DNA of 64,000 bases from a virus (IMGVR_UViG_3300032038_000003:128001-192000), one strand, 5' to 3'. Shown: positions 30,463 through 40,293, counted from the first letter of the stretch. The notes: a model not told the origin generated them from the letters alone. A program made the numbers and translations.

Positions 30463-31392
30463 TTAGATAGTAACCATATTGGTATCGCTTGTAACGTCGT
30501 TAACAAGTTTACCAATGATAGTACCGTTCTGATCACGAGTGTAAACACCACGGATCAATGGACTTAATCTACGAGCGATCCATGTTAACTGTCTGCTCAT
30601 GATTACTGTATCAACAGAAGCACCAGAGCTTTCGTTAAGGATATCAACATCGTAAATCTTCTGGAATGCAGTGTGTCCGTACTCAGAACCGAATGTAAGA
30701 GTAATATCGAATGGAGGTAATGTATCTGCATAGATTACATTCTGTCCACGGATTGGAGCGAAGCCAGCTGGAACATTGATTGTATCAGCTGCATTGTCAT
30801 CCCATGCTCCTAATCTCTGATCAACAAAGCCATTGGAATCAATGGTAGGTTTGTTGTTCGAACCCTTTGCTGTCTGAGCAGAAATTGGGTTGCTGTAAGA
30901 ACCAGCACGACCAGTACCCTGTGAAGTAGCTGTATTCGAGAATGAGAATCCGTATCCAGCTCTGTCGTTTGTTGAAACTCCGTTTAAAGCATAGATAGGA
31001 TTGTTAGCATCTGTCTGACCGTTTGCTGTATAGCTAACAGTCTGGTTCCACTTAATCATGTCCATAGCGTTTGTGAAATCTTCTGAACGAGATAACACAT
31101 TGTTTGCAGCAGCAGTAAACATAGCTGAAGGAGCGATGTCTTGCCATACTGTCTGTAAAGCCTCTACTAAAGAATCATGATCGAAAACTGCGAATACCAT
31201 AGATCCAGCGATACCACGTTTTCCACGAGAGAAAGAACGAGCATCAGCAGAACCACAAGTAAACACAGGAGCTTTATCTCTTTGTACAGCCCATGAAATT
31301 TGCTGTAACTCACCAATGGCTTTATTAGCGAACGTAGCAACAAGGTCTGCACCAGAAAAACTAGTTAATGTGCTAATTGTTGGACTTGCCAT
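30463..31392 (-). CDS. Major tail tube protein
   Basis: Directly downstream of the sheath gene; SFSGADLVATF...GELQQISW...RSFSRGKRGIAGSMVF...DTLPPFDITLTF; strong RBS AAGGAGG; high-expression codon style. Confidence 0.75.
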   Translation of the reverse strand: MASPTISTLTSFSGADLVATFANKAIGELQQISWAVQRDKAPVFTCGSADARSFSRGKRGIAGSMVFAVFDHDSLVEALQTVWQDIAPSAMFTAAANNVLSRSEDFTNAMDMIKWNQTVSYTANGQTDANNPIYALNGVSTNDRAGYGFSFSNTATSQGTGRAGSYSNPISAQTAKGSNNKPTIDSNGFVDQRLGAWDDNAADTINVPAGFAPIRGQNVIYADTLPPFDITLTFGSEYGHTAFQKIYDVDILNESSGASVDTVIMSRQLTWIARRLSPLIRGVYTRDQNGTIIGKLVNDVTSDTNMVTI

Positions 31393-31423
31393 ATCTTTTT
31401 CCTCCTTAAATTATTTTATCAAT

Positions 31424-31451
31424 TCCTGGATGGCTGTTATACCACCCAGGA
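31424..31451 (-). promoter_or_regulatory. Intergenic RNA stem-loop between sheath and tube genes (no U-tract)
   Basis: Minus strand UCCUGGGUGGU-AUAACA-GCCAUCCAGGA with G.U pairs valid only on the transcript strand. Confidence 0.6.
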
Positions 31452-31468
31452 TGCTTCATTTACAGTTC

Positions 31469-34150
31469 TTATTCAGCTGCTCTAAGAGCGACTACAGTAG
31501 TGATCTTCTTTAATGTCATTGCTGGGATGATTGTAAGTGCGATACTTGCTTCACCCAGTAACTGCTGCTGAATGGTTGCACTTACTTCGAACTCGTAACT
31601 CTGGATTTCTCCAAGCTCAACCAACTTAGCTAATCTCTTAGAGATTAAAGCTGAAAGAGCGTTACGCTGTTCAACAGTATTCTGCTCACCAATGAATGGA
31701 TCAGCAACCTGTCTGATGTTATCAACTACGTCGGTAACAACCTTAACGATAGCGATATCAGAGTAGTCACATCCAGGAGCACCAGAAGTTACACCGTCAA
31801 CTACATAAGGAGTAGAAGAAGCAGTAGCCATGCCTTCATTCTTAAGCTTGAAGCAAACCATTCTGTTACCGATAAGAGCGTCCATCTGCTTGTTAGAGAA
31901 TTTGAACTTAATACCGTTAACATTGCGGATTGCCTTGTTAAGAGGAGAAGACTGAGGCTGTAATACAGCGTTGAGGGCTGCATAAGCGATAGCTGGTGAA
32001 CCATAGTATGTTCCAAGAACATCAGAGTTCATAACTACCTCTGGACCAACAACAACTGATGTATACCAGCCAATGTCCATAGGTTTGTTATCTGCGTCGT
32101 AGATAACTTCGCCATTCTGATCTACCATGTAGTAGAGGTTTGGATGCTTGCTGATTAACTTAGCAACATAAGCATCGATACCAACGAGTGTAGTGTTGCT
32201 GTTTGGCTTAACATCGATGAAACCATGAGTCATCTTGGTTCTGTATGTTAATACTGCACAAACAAGTGCTAATTCTCTCTGGAAGTCAGAGTAAGGATTA
32301 ACCGTCTGAACAGAGTCAGCATATACACCAGCTGGATAGATATAATCTACGTTGTAGTTCTCAAGAATCTGGTAAGCACCTTGAGTCTTAAGGTAGCCAA
32401 TCATTTCCTCTGTAACGATAGCGTCAGAGTATTCAGATACAGGCTGGCCTACATCGTCGATTGTATATCTTGCACCAGAAAGAGCGATGAACATTTCGTT
32501 AGCTGAAGGCTTAAGTCCATCTTCACCACCATCTGAAAGTTTCTTAGGTCCAACAGCAACGAGCTGGTCAAGAGTATCTGAACTTTCACCCTTAACGATT
32601 TCAACCTCAAACATGTTAAGGTTGTTAATATCGTTCTGCATTGCAAGAATAAGATCGTCAACAGTTGGATAGTACTTAGAAGAGTAAGAGTAAGTCTTTG
32701 CAACTTTCTCTTTAGGTCTTGTAAATACGATTTCGGTATAAGTCTTACCGTCTTCAGAATCTACAACCTTCTTAACCTCAACACTGCCCTCTTTGTATAC
32801 AGAGCCACCCCACTGAGATTTAATCTTCAGTTCAAGGTCTGATACGATAGGCTTCATATATGTATATGTTGCCTTGATAACACCACCAACTGGTAATCCA
32901 ACTGAATCCTTAACAACAAGAGAGTTGCCCTGGACTTCAAACTTGGTGTTGTAATCGCTTGTAGGGTCATCGTTTACAGTAAAGCTTGTAGAAGTTCCAG
33001 TAATGTTATCTGTAACGGTAATGAGCTTAAGAGCTGCATCTTTCTTTCCTTCTAAAGCTGCTAAGCTTAAAGAAGACTCAGGTACATTGTCATTAAATGT
33101 TGTATGGAATGATCTGTTAACATCAACTAATCTATAAGGATAGTAAGTTAATGTGAAAGTATCACCGTTTGCGATACCAGCTGGAGCAGTAGTGAACTCA
33201 ACAGTATACTTAGTTCCATCAGCACTTAATGTACCTGTGTATGTAGAAGGATCAATAGCACCAGAACTATTGGCAAGTTTGAAACCATCTGCATTGTAAT
33301 CTGCACCGATTACTGGTAACAAATCAAGAGTGTCGTGATCATTTACTGTAAAGTTCTGAACTCCAGATGTAAGTGCAATAGAAAGATCGAACTCAATACT
33401 GAAAGTATTTTCAGTTGTATCTTCAACTGCTTGACCAGGATCAGAAATGTGACTTACAAAATCATTATCCTTATACTTCTCTTTGTCACCAAGAAAATTG
33501 AATCCCTTACATTTAACAGAGATATCAGAAACCATAGGATATACATTCTCTTTGATACTAAAACCTTGATATGGGTTCCAAGTGATTTTATCACTGTTTG
33601 TTCCAAGCCCTACAGCGACTCCATCAATAGTCATAGTAATGTTTGGATCGCTTTCACTATAAGCTTTAGAAACGATGATTTTCTCTGGAATTGTTCCATC
33701 ATCACCAGCTTGTGGGTTGGTGAAATCATAACTGAATGCAGGATTACCAAGAATATGACCATCGTTTGCGTCTTCTGCTGGAACGATGCTCTCAGTAACT
33801 TGTTCTTCAGCAATTTGCTGCTCGCCATAGATAGTTGTATAAGCCTGTGAACCAGTGACCCTCATACAACGAACATCATCGAAACCGTTTTTGAATGCTT
33901 GTTTTGCGTATTTAGTAAGAGTAGCACCGTTAGGATAACCAGCTTCGTTAACTTCTTTACCAAATACCTGGGATACAGTAACAGCATCAATCTTAACAGG
34001 CTCATTGATAGGACCATCAGTAGCAGTACCAAGAATTAATAAACTCTTAGTAGAACTTGTGTCTGTTGATTTGGTTGTTAACTGTAATCCGCCGTCCTTG
34101 AACTCTACAAGATGTCCAGGGAGATTAGAGTATAAATTTGTTACAGCCAT
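31469..34150 (-). CDS. Contractile tail sheath protein with large beta-rich insertion
   Basis: N-terminal LPG...LLILGTATDGPINEPV; C-terminal VVDGVT...DYSDIAIVKVV...FIGEQNTVEQRNAL...LTIIPAMTLKKI; ATG at 34150 preceded by RBS AAAGGAGG. Confidence 0.9.
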   Translation of the reverse strand: MAVTNLYSNLPGHLVEFKDGGLQLTTKSTDTSSTKSLLILGTATDGPINEPVKIDAVTVSQVFGKEVNEAGYPNGATLTKYAKQAFKNGFDDVRCMRVTGSQAYTTIYGEQQIAEEQVTESIVPAEDANDGHILGNPAFSYDFTNPQAGDDGTIPEKIIVSKAYSESDPNITMTIDGVAVGLGTNSDKITWNPYQGFSIKENVYPMVSDISVKCKGFNFLGDKEKYKDNDFVSHISDPGQAVEDTTENTFSIEFDLSIALTSGVQNFTVNDHDTLDLLPVIGADYNADGFKLANSSGAIDPSTYTGTLSADGTKYTVEFTTAPAGIANGDTFTLTYYPYRLVDVNRSFHTTFNDNVPESSLSLAALEGKKDAALKLITVTDNITGTSTSFTVNDDPTSDYNTKFEVQGNSLVVKDSVGLPVGGVIKATYTYMKPIVSDLELKIKSQWGGSVYKEGSVEVKKVVDSEDGKTYTEIVFTRPKEKVAKTYSYSSKYYPTVDDLILAMQNDINNLNMFEVEIVKGESSDTLDQLVAVGPKKLSDGGEDGLKPSANEMFIALSGARYTIDDVGQPVSEYSDAIVTEEMIGYLKTQGAYQILENYNVDYIYPAGVYADSVQTVNPYSDFQRELALVCAVLTYRTKMTHGFIDVKPNSNTTLVGIDAYVAKLISKHPNLYYMVDQNGEVIYDADNKPMDIGWYTSVVVGPEVVMNSDVLGTYYGSPAIAYAALNAVLQPQSSPLNKAIRNVNGIKFKFSNKQMDALIGNRMVCFKLKNEGMATASSTPYVVDGVTSGAPGCDYSDIAIVKVVTDVVDNIRQVADPFIGEQNTVEQRNALSALISKRLAKLVELGEIQSYEFEVSATIQQQLLGEASIALTIIPAMTLKKITTVVALRAAE

Positions 34151-34170
34151 CAATTTTTCCTCCTTTATGA

Positions 34171-35007
34171 TTATTTGTAAGTTATTCCGTTGTCTCCATC
34201 AAAGAAATCTAATTCAATCATATCTTTTTCTTCTTTTGATTCTAGCAACGTTTTAACTTCTGTAGAAGTGACTTGATTAGCACCAATTTTAGCATTGATT
34301 TTATTGATTGTGCTTACCTTGATAGGAGTCACACATTCAAACCTTACATAATATAATATACATCGCATAGGGGTGTTTTCGCTAAAGTTTAAAGAACTTT
34401 TTGGAGAAATTTCTCGCAAGAAGAAAATTTCAGCCAACCCCTTACGTTTAAGGTATCCAGAATAGACCATTATAAGATTCTCAAAACGTTGAAGTAGCTC
34501 TCTACATTCTTTATTGTTTTGAGCGTAAATATCGAACTCGATATTTGCGTCGAACCACTGTCTATACATTAAATAAGACTCACCAGTCTCATTTCCTTCT
34601 CCGTCCTTTTCTATTTGGACATCCATAAGAACTGGTTTTAATGGAAAGCCGTCTGTGATATCTCTGGTATTAACATCTACAAGGATTTGGGGAAGGACAA
34701 TTTTAGAACTGTCCTCCCCATTTTTAATGTCCATTGAAAGTTCGCCCCATTCATTGCCCCATGCAGCATTACATAGCTCCTTAAGGATTCGAGCTAAGTC
34801 TTCAACATTAGAGATGTTTCCATCTGCTTTGTTATAATAACTTACTTCATGATCAGTACCCATGACTGTCTCTTTAACATGAACACGAGCACCGTCATCC
34901 TTAAAGACTTTTGTGTTACCAGAGATAATAGCTTGAGAAGCATTCTCATGATCGTTTAAGTCTTTAAAATAGTTATTGTAAATTTCTTCGTTAGATAAAT
35001 TACTCAT
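34171..35007 (-). CDS. Putative tail terminator/tail completion protein
   Basis: Position immediately before the sheath; YRQWFDANIEFDIYAQNNKECRELLQRFENLI strand-helix pattern typical of tail terminators. Confidence 0.5.
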   Translation of the reverse strand: MSNLSNEEIYNNYFKDLNDHENASQAIISGNTKVFKDDGARVHVKETVMGTDHEVSYYNKADGNISNVEDLARILKELCNAAWGNEWGELSMDIKNGEDSSKIVLPQILVDVNTRDITDGFPLKPVLMDVQIEKDGEGNETGESYLMYRQWFDANIEFDIYAQNNKECRELLQRFENLIMVYSGYLKRKGLAEIFFLREISPKSSLNFSENTPMRCILYYVRFECVTPIKVSTINKINAKIGANQVTSTEVKTLLESKEEKDMIELDFFDGDNGITYK

Positions 35008-35156
35008 ATGCTACTTTCTCCACCTTTATCGTAAAAAACATTCATAAAAACATTCATAATAGAAGCAATTAGTGCAAATCCAAACGTTGATATAAAGATT
35101 AGCTCACCTAGTCCAAATATAAAGCCAAACAAGCAAATTAATATACCAACAAGCAT
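35004..35156 (-). CDS. 50-aa hydrophobic membrane peptide (holin-like; not in the ORF track)
   Basis: RBS GAAGGTG; MLVGILICLFGFIFGLGELIFISTFGFALIASIMNVFMNVFYDKGGESSI*; stop overlaps the next start (ATGA). Confidence 0.6.
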   Translation of the reverse strand: MLVGILICLFGFIFGLGELIFISTFGFALIASIMNVFMNVFYDKGGESSI

Positions 35157-35172
35157 AGTTAACACCTTCTTT

Positions 35173-35298
35173 TTATACTTTGGTTACATAATCAAGCGAG
35201 ATCCAACCTACGCCCGATTTTAACTTGCCCCATTTAGTAGCACCCTTTCCATCAGCTTCTTCAACTATAGTATAAACGTTAGGTTCGATAAAACCACC
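35173..35298 (-). pseudogene. Start-less remnant of an endolysin-type SH3b cell-wall-binding domain
   Basis: GGFIEPNVYTIVEEADGKGATKWGKLKSGVGWISLDYVTKV*; an in-frame TAA lies a few codons upstream and there is no start codon. Confidence 0.7.
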
Positions 35299-36908
35299 TA
35301 TTCTTCGGCATTAATATTAATTACCGAGTTTATTTTTAAAGATTTAGTCATATAATTAGTTAATATATCGAGATTAACGATTAATGTACCCTCTCGATAA
35401 TTAGGTTCAAGGCTATATTTGTAGTTCGTAATAACATTCTTCGATTCAAGAATACTAAGAATGTTATCTATATTATTATGAATAATATCTATATTATTAT
35501 GAATAATACGTTTTTCTATTAAATTTCGTAAATTCAATCCTATATAGAATTGGAACAAACGATTTAAATAAGAAATACACATTTGTATCATACGTACATT
35601 ACAATATAGCTTTAGCTGTGAATCTTCTCTTGTAACTGTTGTAATTCCGTCATATACAACGACAGAGTTATATAATGGGCTATGTCTAAAAGTTACAATA
35701 CCATGTGATGCAAGATCTGCTAATACCTCTTCAGAAAATTCATTATATAATCTAATGTTATCTGATACTGGAATATTAGTATTACCAACATTTACTTGTA
35801 TGGATGCATTGAATGCTCCATATGCAAGATAACCATTATCAATAATGATATTCTTATTATAACCAATGTCTCCAGCAACACAAGAGACCAAAAAGCTGTA
35901 TGCTGGATTAGTACACATATGCCTATTGTATTCAAGGCAATGTTTAAACATTTCAGCAACATCATCTGATTCGTATAAATAATCAGTCGTATATGAATTT
36001 ACTGGGTTAAAACCCAATATACCAGTAGTGACACAGCCAAAATTTAACTGTTTCATGCAAAATTCGATTAGCTGATTCATAAATGAACGTGGATTACCAA
36101 GAGTGTCTGGGGTAAGATAATCTTTAGTAGATTGGTAATATTTCATGTTATATTGCCATTGATCATCTTCAGAATCATCTGGATACAAATCATCCAGAAA
36201 GGCATCTACTGGAATAACTATATCTATTGGAAGTGATTCAAGAATATCGTAAGTTCGATTAAGGCAAGTATACAATAAATTCTTTGTATATCCAAGACCA
36301 CATTGTCCACCATATAAAGATACTATGTCTGGATTGCATACATAAAAAGCATCTTTTGTACGTGTACTTGGGTCTACCATATAGTTTGCATTAATAAAAC
36401 TACGTTTATTCTTAGTATCTTTATTAATGGCATTAGCAAGTAATTCTATCGTATAATACTCATTGAAATCATAGGTTAATCTATGTTCTGGTACATTTAA
36501 ATCGTCTGGAAATACAATAGTCATAGAGTCGATATCGATTTCTATTTTAACATCATTATATAATTCATTCGATTCTGAAGCCATTAAGATAAATGCATTG
36601 CTAATGATTTCTTCATCTATGATATTTACGTTAAGATACGCTATTGCATGTTCTCCAGTTGTTTTAACAAGATACACTTCATTATCTTGAGTAGTATATT
36701 TTACTGCATGAAAGGCATCTATAAGAGTACCAGTTTTGCCAAACTTATTATACAAACCTACTGTAGATTTAATTCTTACAGGTTCATTTGTAGGACCATA
36801 TTCTGCTGAACCAATTAAATACAGTTTTTTACCATGAAGTTTATCATTCATAATGGTCTGTATTAAGGTTCTCAGTTGCGAATTTAAGGTTGCAATTTCG
36901 CTGGCCAT
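35298..36908 (-). CDS. Second, compact tail sheath paralog
   Basis: LYLIGSAEYGPTNEPV, YDILESLPIDIVIPVDAFLD, VVVYDGIT...NVRMIQ...FYIG align with the 894-aa sheath without its insertion. Confidence 0.8.
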   Translation of the reverse strand: MASEIATLNSQLRTLIQTIMNDKLHGKKLYLIGSAEYGPTNEPVRIKSTVGLYNKFGKTGTLIDAFHAVKYTTQDNEVYLVKTTGEHAIAYLNVNIIDEEIISNAFILMASESNELYNDVKIEIDIDSMTIVFPDDLNVPEHRLTYDFNEYYTIELLANAINKDTKNKRSFINANYMVDPSTRTKDAFYVCNPDIVSLYGGQCGLGYTKNLLYTCLNRTYDILESLPIDIVIPVDAFLDDLYPDDSEDDQWQYNMKYYQSTKDYLTPDTLGNPRSFMNQLIEFCMKQLNFGCVTTGILGFNPVNSYTTDYLYESDDVAEMFKHCLEYNRHMCTNPAYSFLVSCVAGDIGYNKNIIIDNGYLAYGAFNASIQVNVGNTNIPVSDNIRLYNEFSEEVLADLASHGIVTFRHSPLYNSVVVYDGITTVTREDSQLKLYCNVRMIQMCISYLNRLFQFYIGLNLRNLIEKRIIHNNIDIIHNNIDNILSILESKNVITNYKYSLEPNYREGTLIVNLDILTNYMTKSLKINSVININAEE

Positions 36909-37480
36909 ATATATTTACCTCCTTTCAGTAATTCTTGTATTGCTTTGTGAGGTAAAGATTTAATGGTCTTAGTAAAAGCATCCACTAAATCTGTTCTATT
37001 ATTTGTAAGACAAGCAAAAAATTCTGTTCTGCCATTATCTCCACGAGTATCCCATATATTGATCAGCTCTAATACTTTAACTACATCAACTGGGTTTTGA
37101 TCTTTATCCCAGGTTACTTTAATAACGAAATCTCTTTCTTTTGGAGTATATTTATGTTTAATGTAATAGATTTCGTTTTTCTGATCAGTAACACCGATTT
37201 TAAGTTTATCTATACTATTATTAGAAGAATATGGTGAGTTACTTGATTCAATTGCTGGTATCATCTGAATAGAATTAAAGTATCCAGATCCATGACAATA
37301 CGGACATTTCGAATCTCCAGTTTTATTAAGGTCATCAAAGCATTTGCATTTAACGAATTTATTGTTTCTTACATAAAGCACATTAATCCCAAATTCTTCA
37401 GTGAGAATTTGGGTTTCATGTCGCAGATCAATATCTACGTTACGAAATTCAGTTCCAACTTTATCAGAAAATTTATACAT
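36884..37480 (-). CDS. Neck/head-completion protein with Cys4 zinc-binding motif
   Basis: KCKC...KCPYCHGSGY, as in neck proteins of large Firmicute myoviruses; position before the sheath genes. Confidence 0.6.
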   Translation of the reverse strand: MYKFSDKVGTEFRNVDIDLRHETQILTEEFGINVLYVRNNKFVKCKCFDDLNKTGDSKCPYCHGSGYFNSIQMIPAIESSNSPYSSNNSIDKLKIGVTDQKNEIYYIKHKYTPKERDFVIKVTWDKDQNPVDVVKVLELINIWDTRGDNGRTEFFACLTNNRTDLVDAFTKTIKSLPHKAIQELLKGGKYIWPAKLQP

Positions 37481-37489
37481 TCAATCACC

Positions 37490-38332
37490 TTACCATGTAG
37501 TATCTCTATTCCAGTCGTCATATTTATAATTAGTACCAGCTTTGATAGCAGAAGCAACAACGTTGGTTCCTCTGATGATTTTATCTGCTTCATCCCATTG
37601 CTTTCTTAACATATCAAGCAAGTTATCTATATATGGCAACTTAGTAGTTCTTTCGATTTTAATATCACCAATGTTTTTCAATTCACTACCATAGTGATAA
37701 GAAATCCCAAAATATCTTGCAAGAGTAAGATCAATATCTGTTTTATATCTTACCCAATTATTTACTGCTTTGTATTTAGTAGTATAAAATCCATCATCAT
37801 CTTGCTCATAAGTAACGTTTTCTACAGGAGTTTCTTGAGCAGCTAACGTATCAATTAAATCTATTACTGCAACACTATTATCATAAATTTTAGAATTGAT
37901 ATATTCTTCTGTAAATCCATCTATGAATTCCCCTATGTCTTCATATATCTTTTTGGCAGTAGTAAACATAGGATTCTGTCTTGAATTGAATTCCCATTCG
38001 TAAATGTCTTTGTCGATAGCAATTCCAATTCTGTATTTGTTATTCTCATTTAGTTTAGCATCTGAGCTAAAGCGAGAAATAACTGAATTAGCATTGATTT
38101 TGCCTGGACTAATAAAAGCTTTATTAGTATCAACTGTATGATTTAAAGTAACCTTTGATTCTTCTGGTAAATCAACGGCAAAGACTACTTTGCCGTTTTT
38201 GACAAAGTAGTCTTCATCTGCCGTTAATAATTCGCCATCCAGAAAAACAGACTTAAGATTGGATAAGCCATAATCAGATGATACTTTATTCTTTTGTGTA
38301 ATTCTTGATTCGCTTATCGAATACTGTTTCAT
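37490..38332 (-). CDS. Putative head-tail adaptor/neck protein
   Basis: N-terminal VFLDGELL...DY beta module; helical C-terminus with KNIGDIKIE (adaptor-like beta hairpin); gene order. Confidence 0.45.
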   Translation of the reverse strand: MKQYSISESRITQKNKVSSDYGLSNLKSVFLDGELLTADEDYFVKNGKVVFAVDLPEESKVTLNHTVDTNKAFISPGKINANSVISRFSSDAKLNENNKYRIGIAIDKDIYEWEFNSRQNPMFTTAKKIYEDIGEFIDGFTEEYINSKIYDNSVAVIDLIDTLAAQETPVENVTYEQDDDGFYTTKYKAVNNWVRYKTDIDLTLARYFGISYHYGSELKNIGDIKIERTTKLPYIDNLLDMLRKQWDEADKIIRGTNVVASAIKAGTNYKYDDWNRDTTW

Positions 38333-38343
38333 ATAGTCTCACC

Positions 38344-38949
38344 TTATTTTTTATTATTTTTAATAGCTTCTTCTCTTCGTTTTATCTTGATCATGTCGTC
38401 AAGTTCATTGGCTTTTTCGTCAGAGATTACTTCTAGTTCGATGACATGTTCATAACCAGCTTTCGCATGAGAGTTACCACCCATCTTTTTATATGGAAGA
38501 TAAATACTATCTAATGTAGCTCTTTCCTTTAAGGTGATAAATCCACGTTCTGTTATTTTATCTGTCATATAGACGATTTTATCATGAGCCATTCCGCTGA
38601 GGGTATCACATACATTATTTTGATTATCAAAGATTTGTTGAAGAGTTTTTTCAACACGTTCGTCATTGTCTTTAAGTTGATCAAACGTTTTAAGTAATTG
38701 CTGAAAATCTTCAGAATGTACTTTTATCATTCCTTGAATATTTTTTTCATGCTTCTCAAAACGTTCAGCTCCAGTTTTTTCACGAGCGTCTAATCCTTCT
38801 TGCATTTCTTTATGTAATTGTTCAAATCGTTCATCGATCTTTTTATCTTCTTTAGTGTCTTTTCTTTGTATTAAGAACTGAAGAAAAGAGAACAACGCTC
38901 CTGAGCCAAGAATCGTTAAAAGAATCTGTAAAGCATTAGTTTGATCCAT
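38344..38949 (-). CDS. Membrane-anchored coiled-coil protein (holin-like)
   Basis: N-terminal TM LQILLTILGSGALFSFLQFLI, coiled coil, and IYLPYKKMGGN motif seen in Firmicute phage holin-like proteins. Confidence 0.5.
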   Translation of the reverse strand: MDQTNALQILLTILGSGALFSFLQFLIQRKDTKEDKKIDERFEQLHKEMQEGLDAREKTGAERFEKHEKNIQGMIKVHSEDFQQLLKTFDQLKDNDERVEKTLQQIFDNQNNVCDTLSGMAHDKIVYMTDKITERGFITLKERATLDSIYLPYKKMGGNSHAKAGYEHVIELEVISDEKANELDDMIKIKRREEAIKNNKK

Positions 38950-40154
38950 TAATTATCTTCTCCTTCTTTCATACCTTCTCCGCCACCTTCCATGCCTTCT
39001 CCACTACCCCACATAACTTGTGCGAAGTGATTTAAAGTACTTACGAGAATACCCGCAAGCTGGCTCTCTGAGATAAACTTGTTTGGTGATAAATTATCTC
39101 CGTTTGCGTCGGTAGGATCGTAAGAACTTGCATCTGGACCATCTACAGCAGCAATAGCATCTAATACCATCTGCTCAAATTCAGAGGCTGTCTTTTCTGA
39201 CTGATTGACTTCTACTCTGATTTGTTTTGTGTGACCAGTAGAATCAGCAGAATCATTTACTACAGTTGTAACTGTAGTATCTGATGTACTGCCAGAATAT
39301 AAATTAATTAAACTATGAAGGTTAACAAATACCCATTCATCGTTGCCATCATCGCTTTTAATACCAGTTTGACAGAAAAATACGAGTCCAATATCGCCAG
39401 CATGGTCGTTTGTAGAAATTGTAGCTGTTGCAGTTATAGGATTATGTGTATCTGGATCTTCTCCGACTGTAAAAGTAATTTTTCCAGCTGTAATATCAGC
39501 AGCTGTTAAAGTAACGGTTTTAACATCTTTAAAGAACGAAATACTTAAAATTGTTTTGCTATTCACAACAGCGTTAACTAATGTTGAAACAGCAGCCGAT
39601 GTCATTAAATTAGTATCTGTTCCAGTAAATGTTTCGTCCAGAGAAGCATCGTCTGAGTGAATTGCTTGAGATGCAACATAATTTGTCATATAAGTCGTAA
39701 AGATACTTAATGACAATTCTTGTGGAATTGAGCTGGCATTTGTTACCCATATAGAACCAGTTTTTGCTGTATGAGTAACTGGTGTTGCTTGTCCATCTGT
39801 AATTGTACAATCAGCTGTCACAAAATAGAAACTGTTAGGCTTTAAAACGTCAGCAGTGATATTACTAGAAATCATATTGAATTTACTAGCATCGCCACCG
39901 AATAATGGAGTATCACCAAGATAGCCCACGCCACCTTTGCCAAAAAGGTAAAAAGTATATGGATTGTGCCGATGCGTGGTTGAATCTGCTAAACTATCAT
40001 ATATGGCTTTACAGGCTGCTTCGGTAGCTCCTGTCAGTATTCGAAATTGAAATTTAGCCATTTTGAATACCTCCTTTTTATTTTTCGATACAAATAATTT
40101 GTTATCAAATGTTGTAAGAATTTTTGAGTCGGAGGTTACTATAATTTTGTTCAT
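38949..40154 (-). CDS. Virion structural protein, unknown function; second in-frame start at 40061
   Basis: 401-aa ORF; AAGGAGG RBS before both ATG 40154 and ATG 40061. Confidence 0.55.
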   Translation of the reverse strand: MNKIIVTSDSKILTTFDNKLFVSKNKKEVFKMAKFQFRILTGATEAACKAIYDSLADSTTHRHNPYTFYLFGKGGVGYLGDTPLFGGDASKFNMISSNITADVLKPNSFYFVTADCTITDGQATPVTHTAKTGSIWVTNASSIPQELSLSIFTTYMTNYVASQAIHSDDASLDETFTGTDTNLMTSAAVSTLVNAVVNSKTILSISFFKDVKTVTLTAADITAGKITFTVGEDPDTHNPITATATISTNDHAGDIGLVFFCQTGIKSDDGNDEWVFVNLHSLINLYSGSTSDTTVTTVVNDSADSTGHTKQIRVEVNQSEKTASEFEQMVLDAIAAVDGPDASSYDPTDANGDNLSPNKFISESQLAGILVSTLNHFAQVMWGSGEGMEGGGEGMKEGEDN

Positions 40155-40204
40155 AATAAACCTCCTTCTGTATTATAATATACAGTAAAATATTTAAATA
40201 TGCT

Positions 40205-40244
40205 GATAAAAATCGCCTTTACTAATAATATAAAAGTAAAGGCG
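40205..40244 (-). terminator. Hairpin after the Mtd-like gene (terminator and/or DGR target hairpin)
   Basis: Perfect 10-bp inverted repeat CGCCTTTACT (40214-40223) / AGTAAAGGCG (40235-40244), followed on the minus strand by ATTTTTAT. Confidence 0.65.
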
Positions 40245-40293
40245 TTTAGTTCTATAAATATTTTAAATGATAAAAACTTAAGTTGCAAGCAAG

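Noticed and set aside
30393-31451. N4-like single-stranded DNA hairpin promoters for the virion RNAP
   Set aside because: The stems rely on G.U pairs that work only in the mRNA, and they lie in the late structural operon rather than an early region.
28703-36908. Bacterial contractile injection system or tailocin rather than a phage
   Set aside because: Multiple sheath and tube paralogs occur in such systems, but neck/head-joining genes, a DGR-type fibre, an RNAP-like giant gene and the absence of host genes over 64 kb favour a large phage. Capsid genes are not in the window, so this is not formally excluded.
40168-40200. SigA promoter upstream of the 401-aa gene (TATAAT at 40177-40172)
   Set aside because: There is no credible -35, and the -10 is so close to the RBS that the transcript would start within it; weak support in AT-rich DNA.
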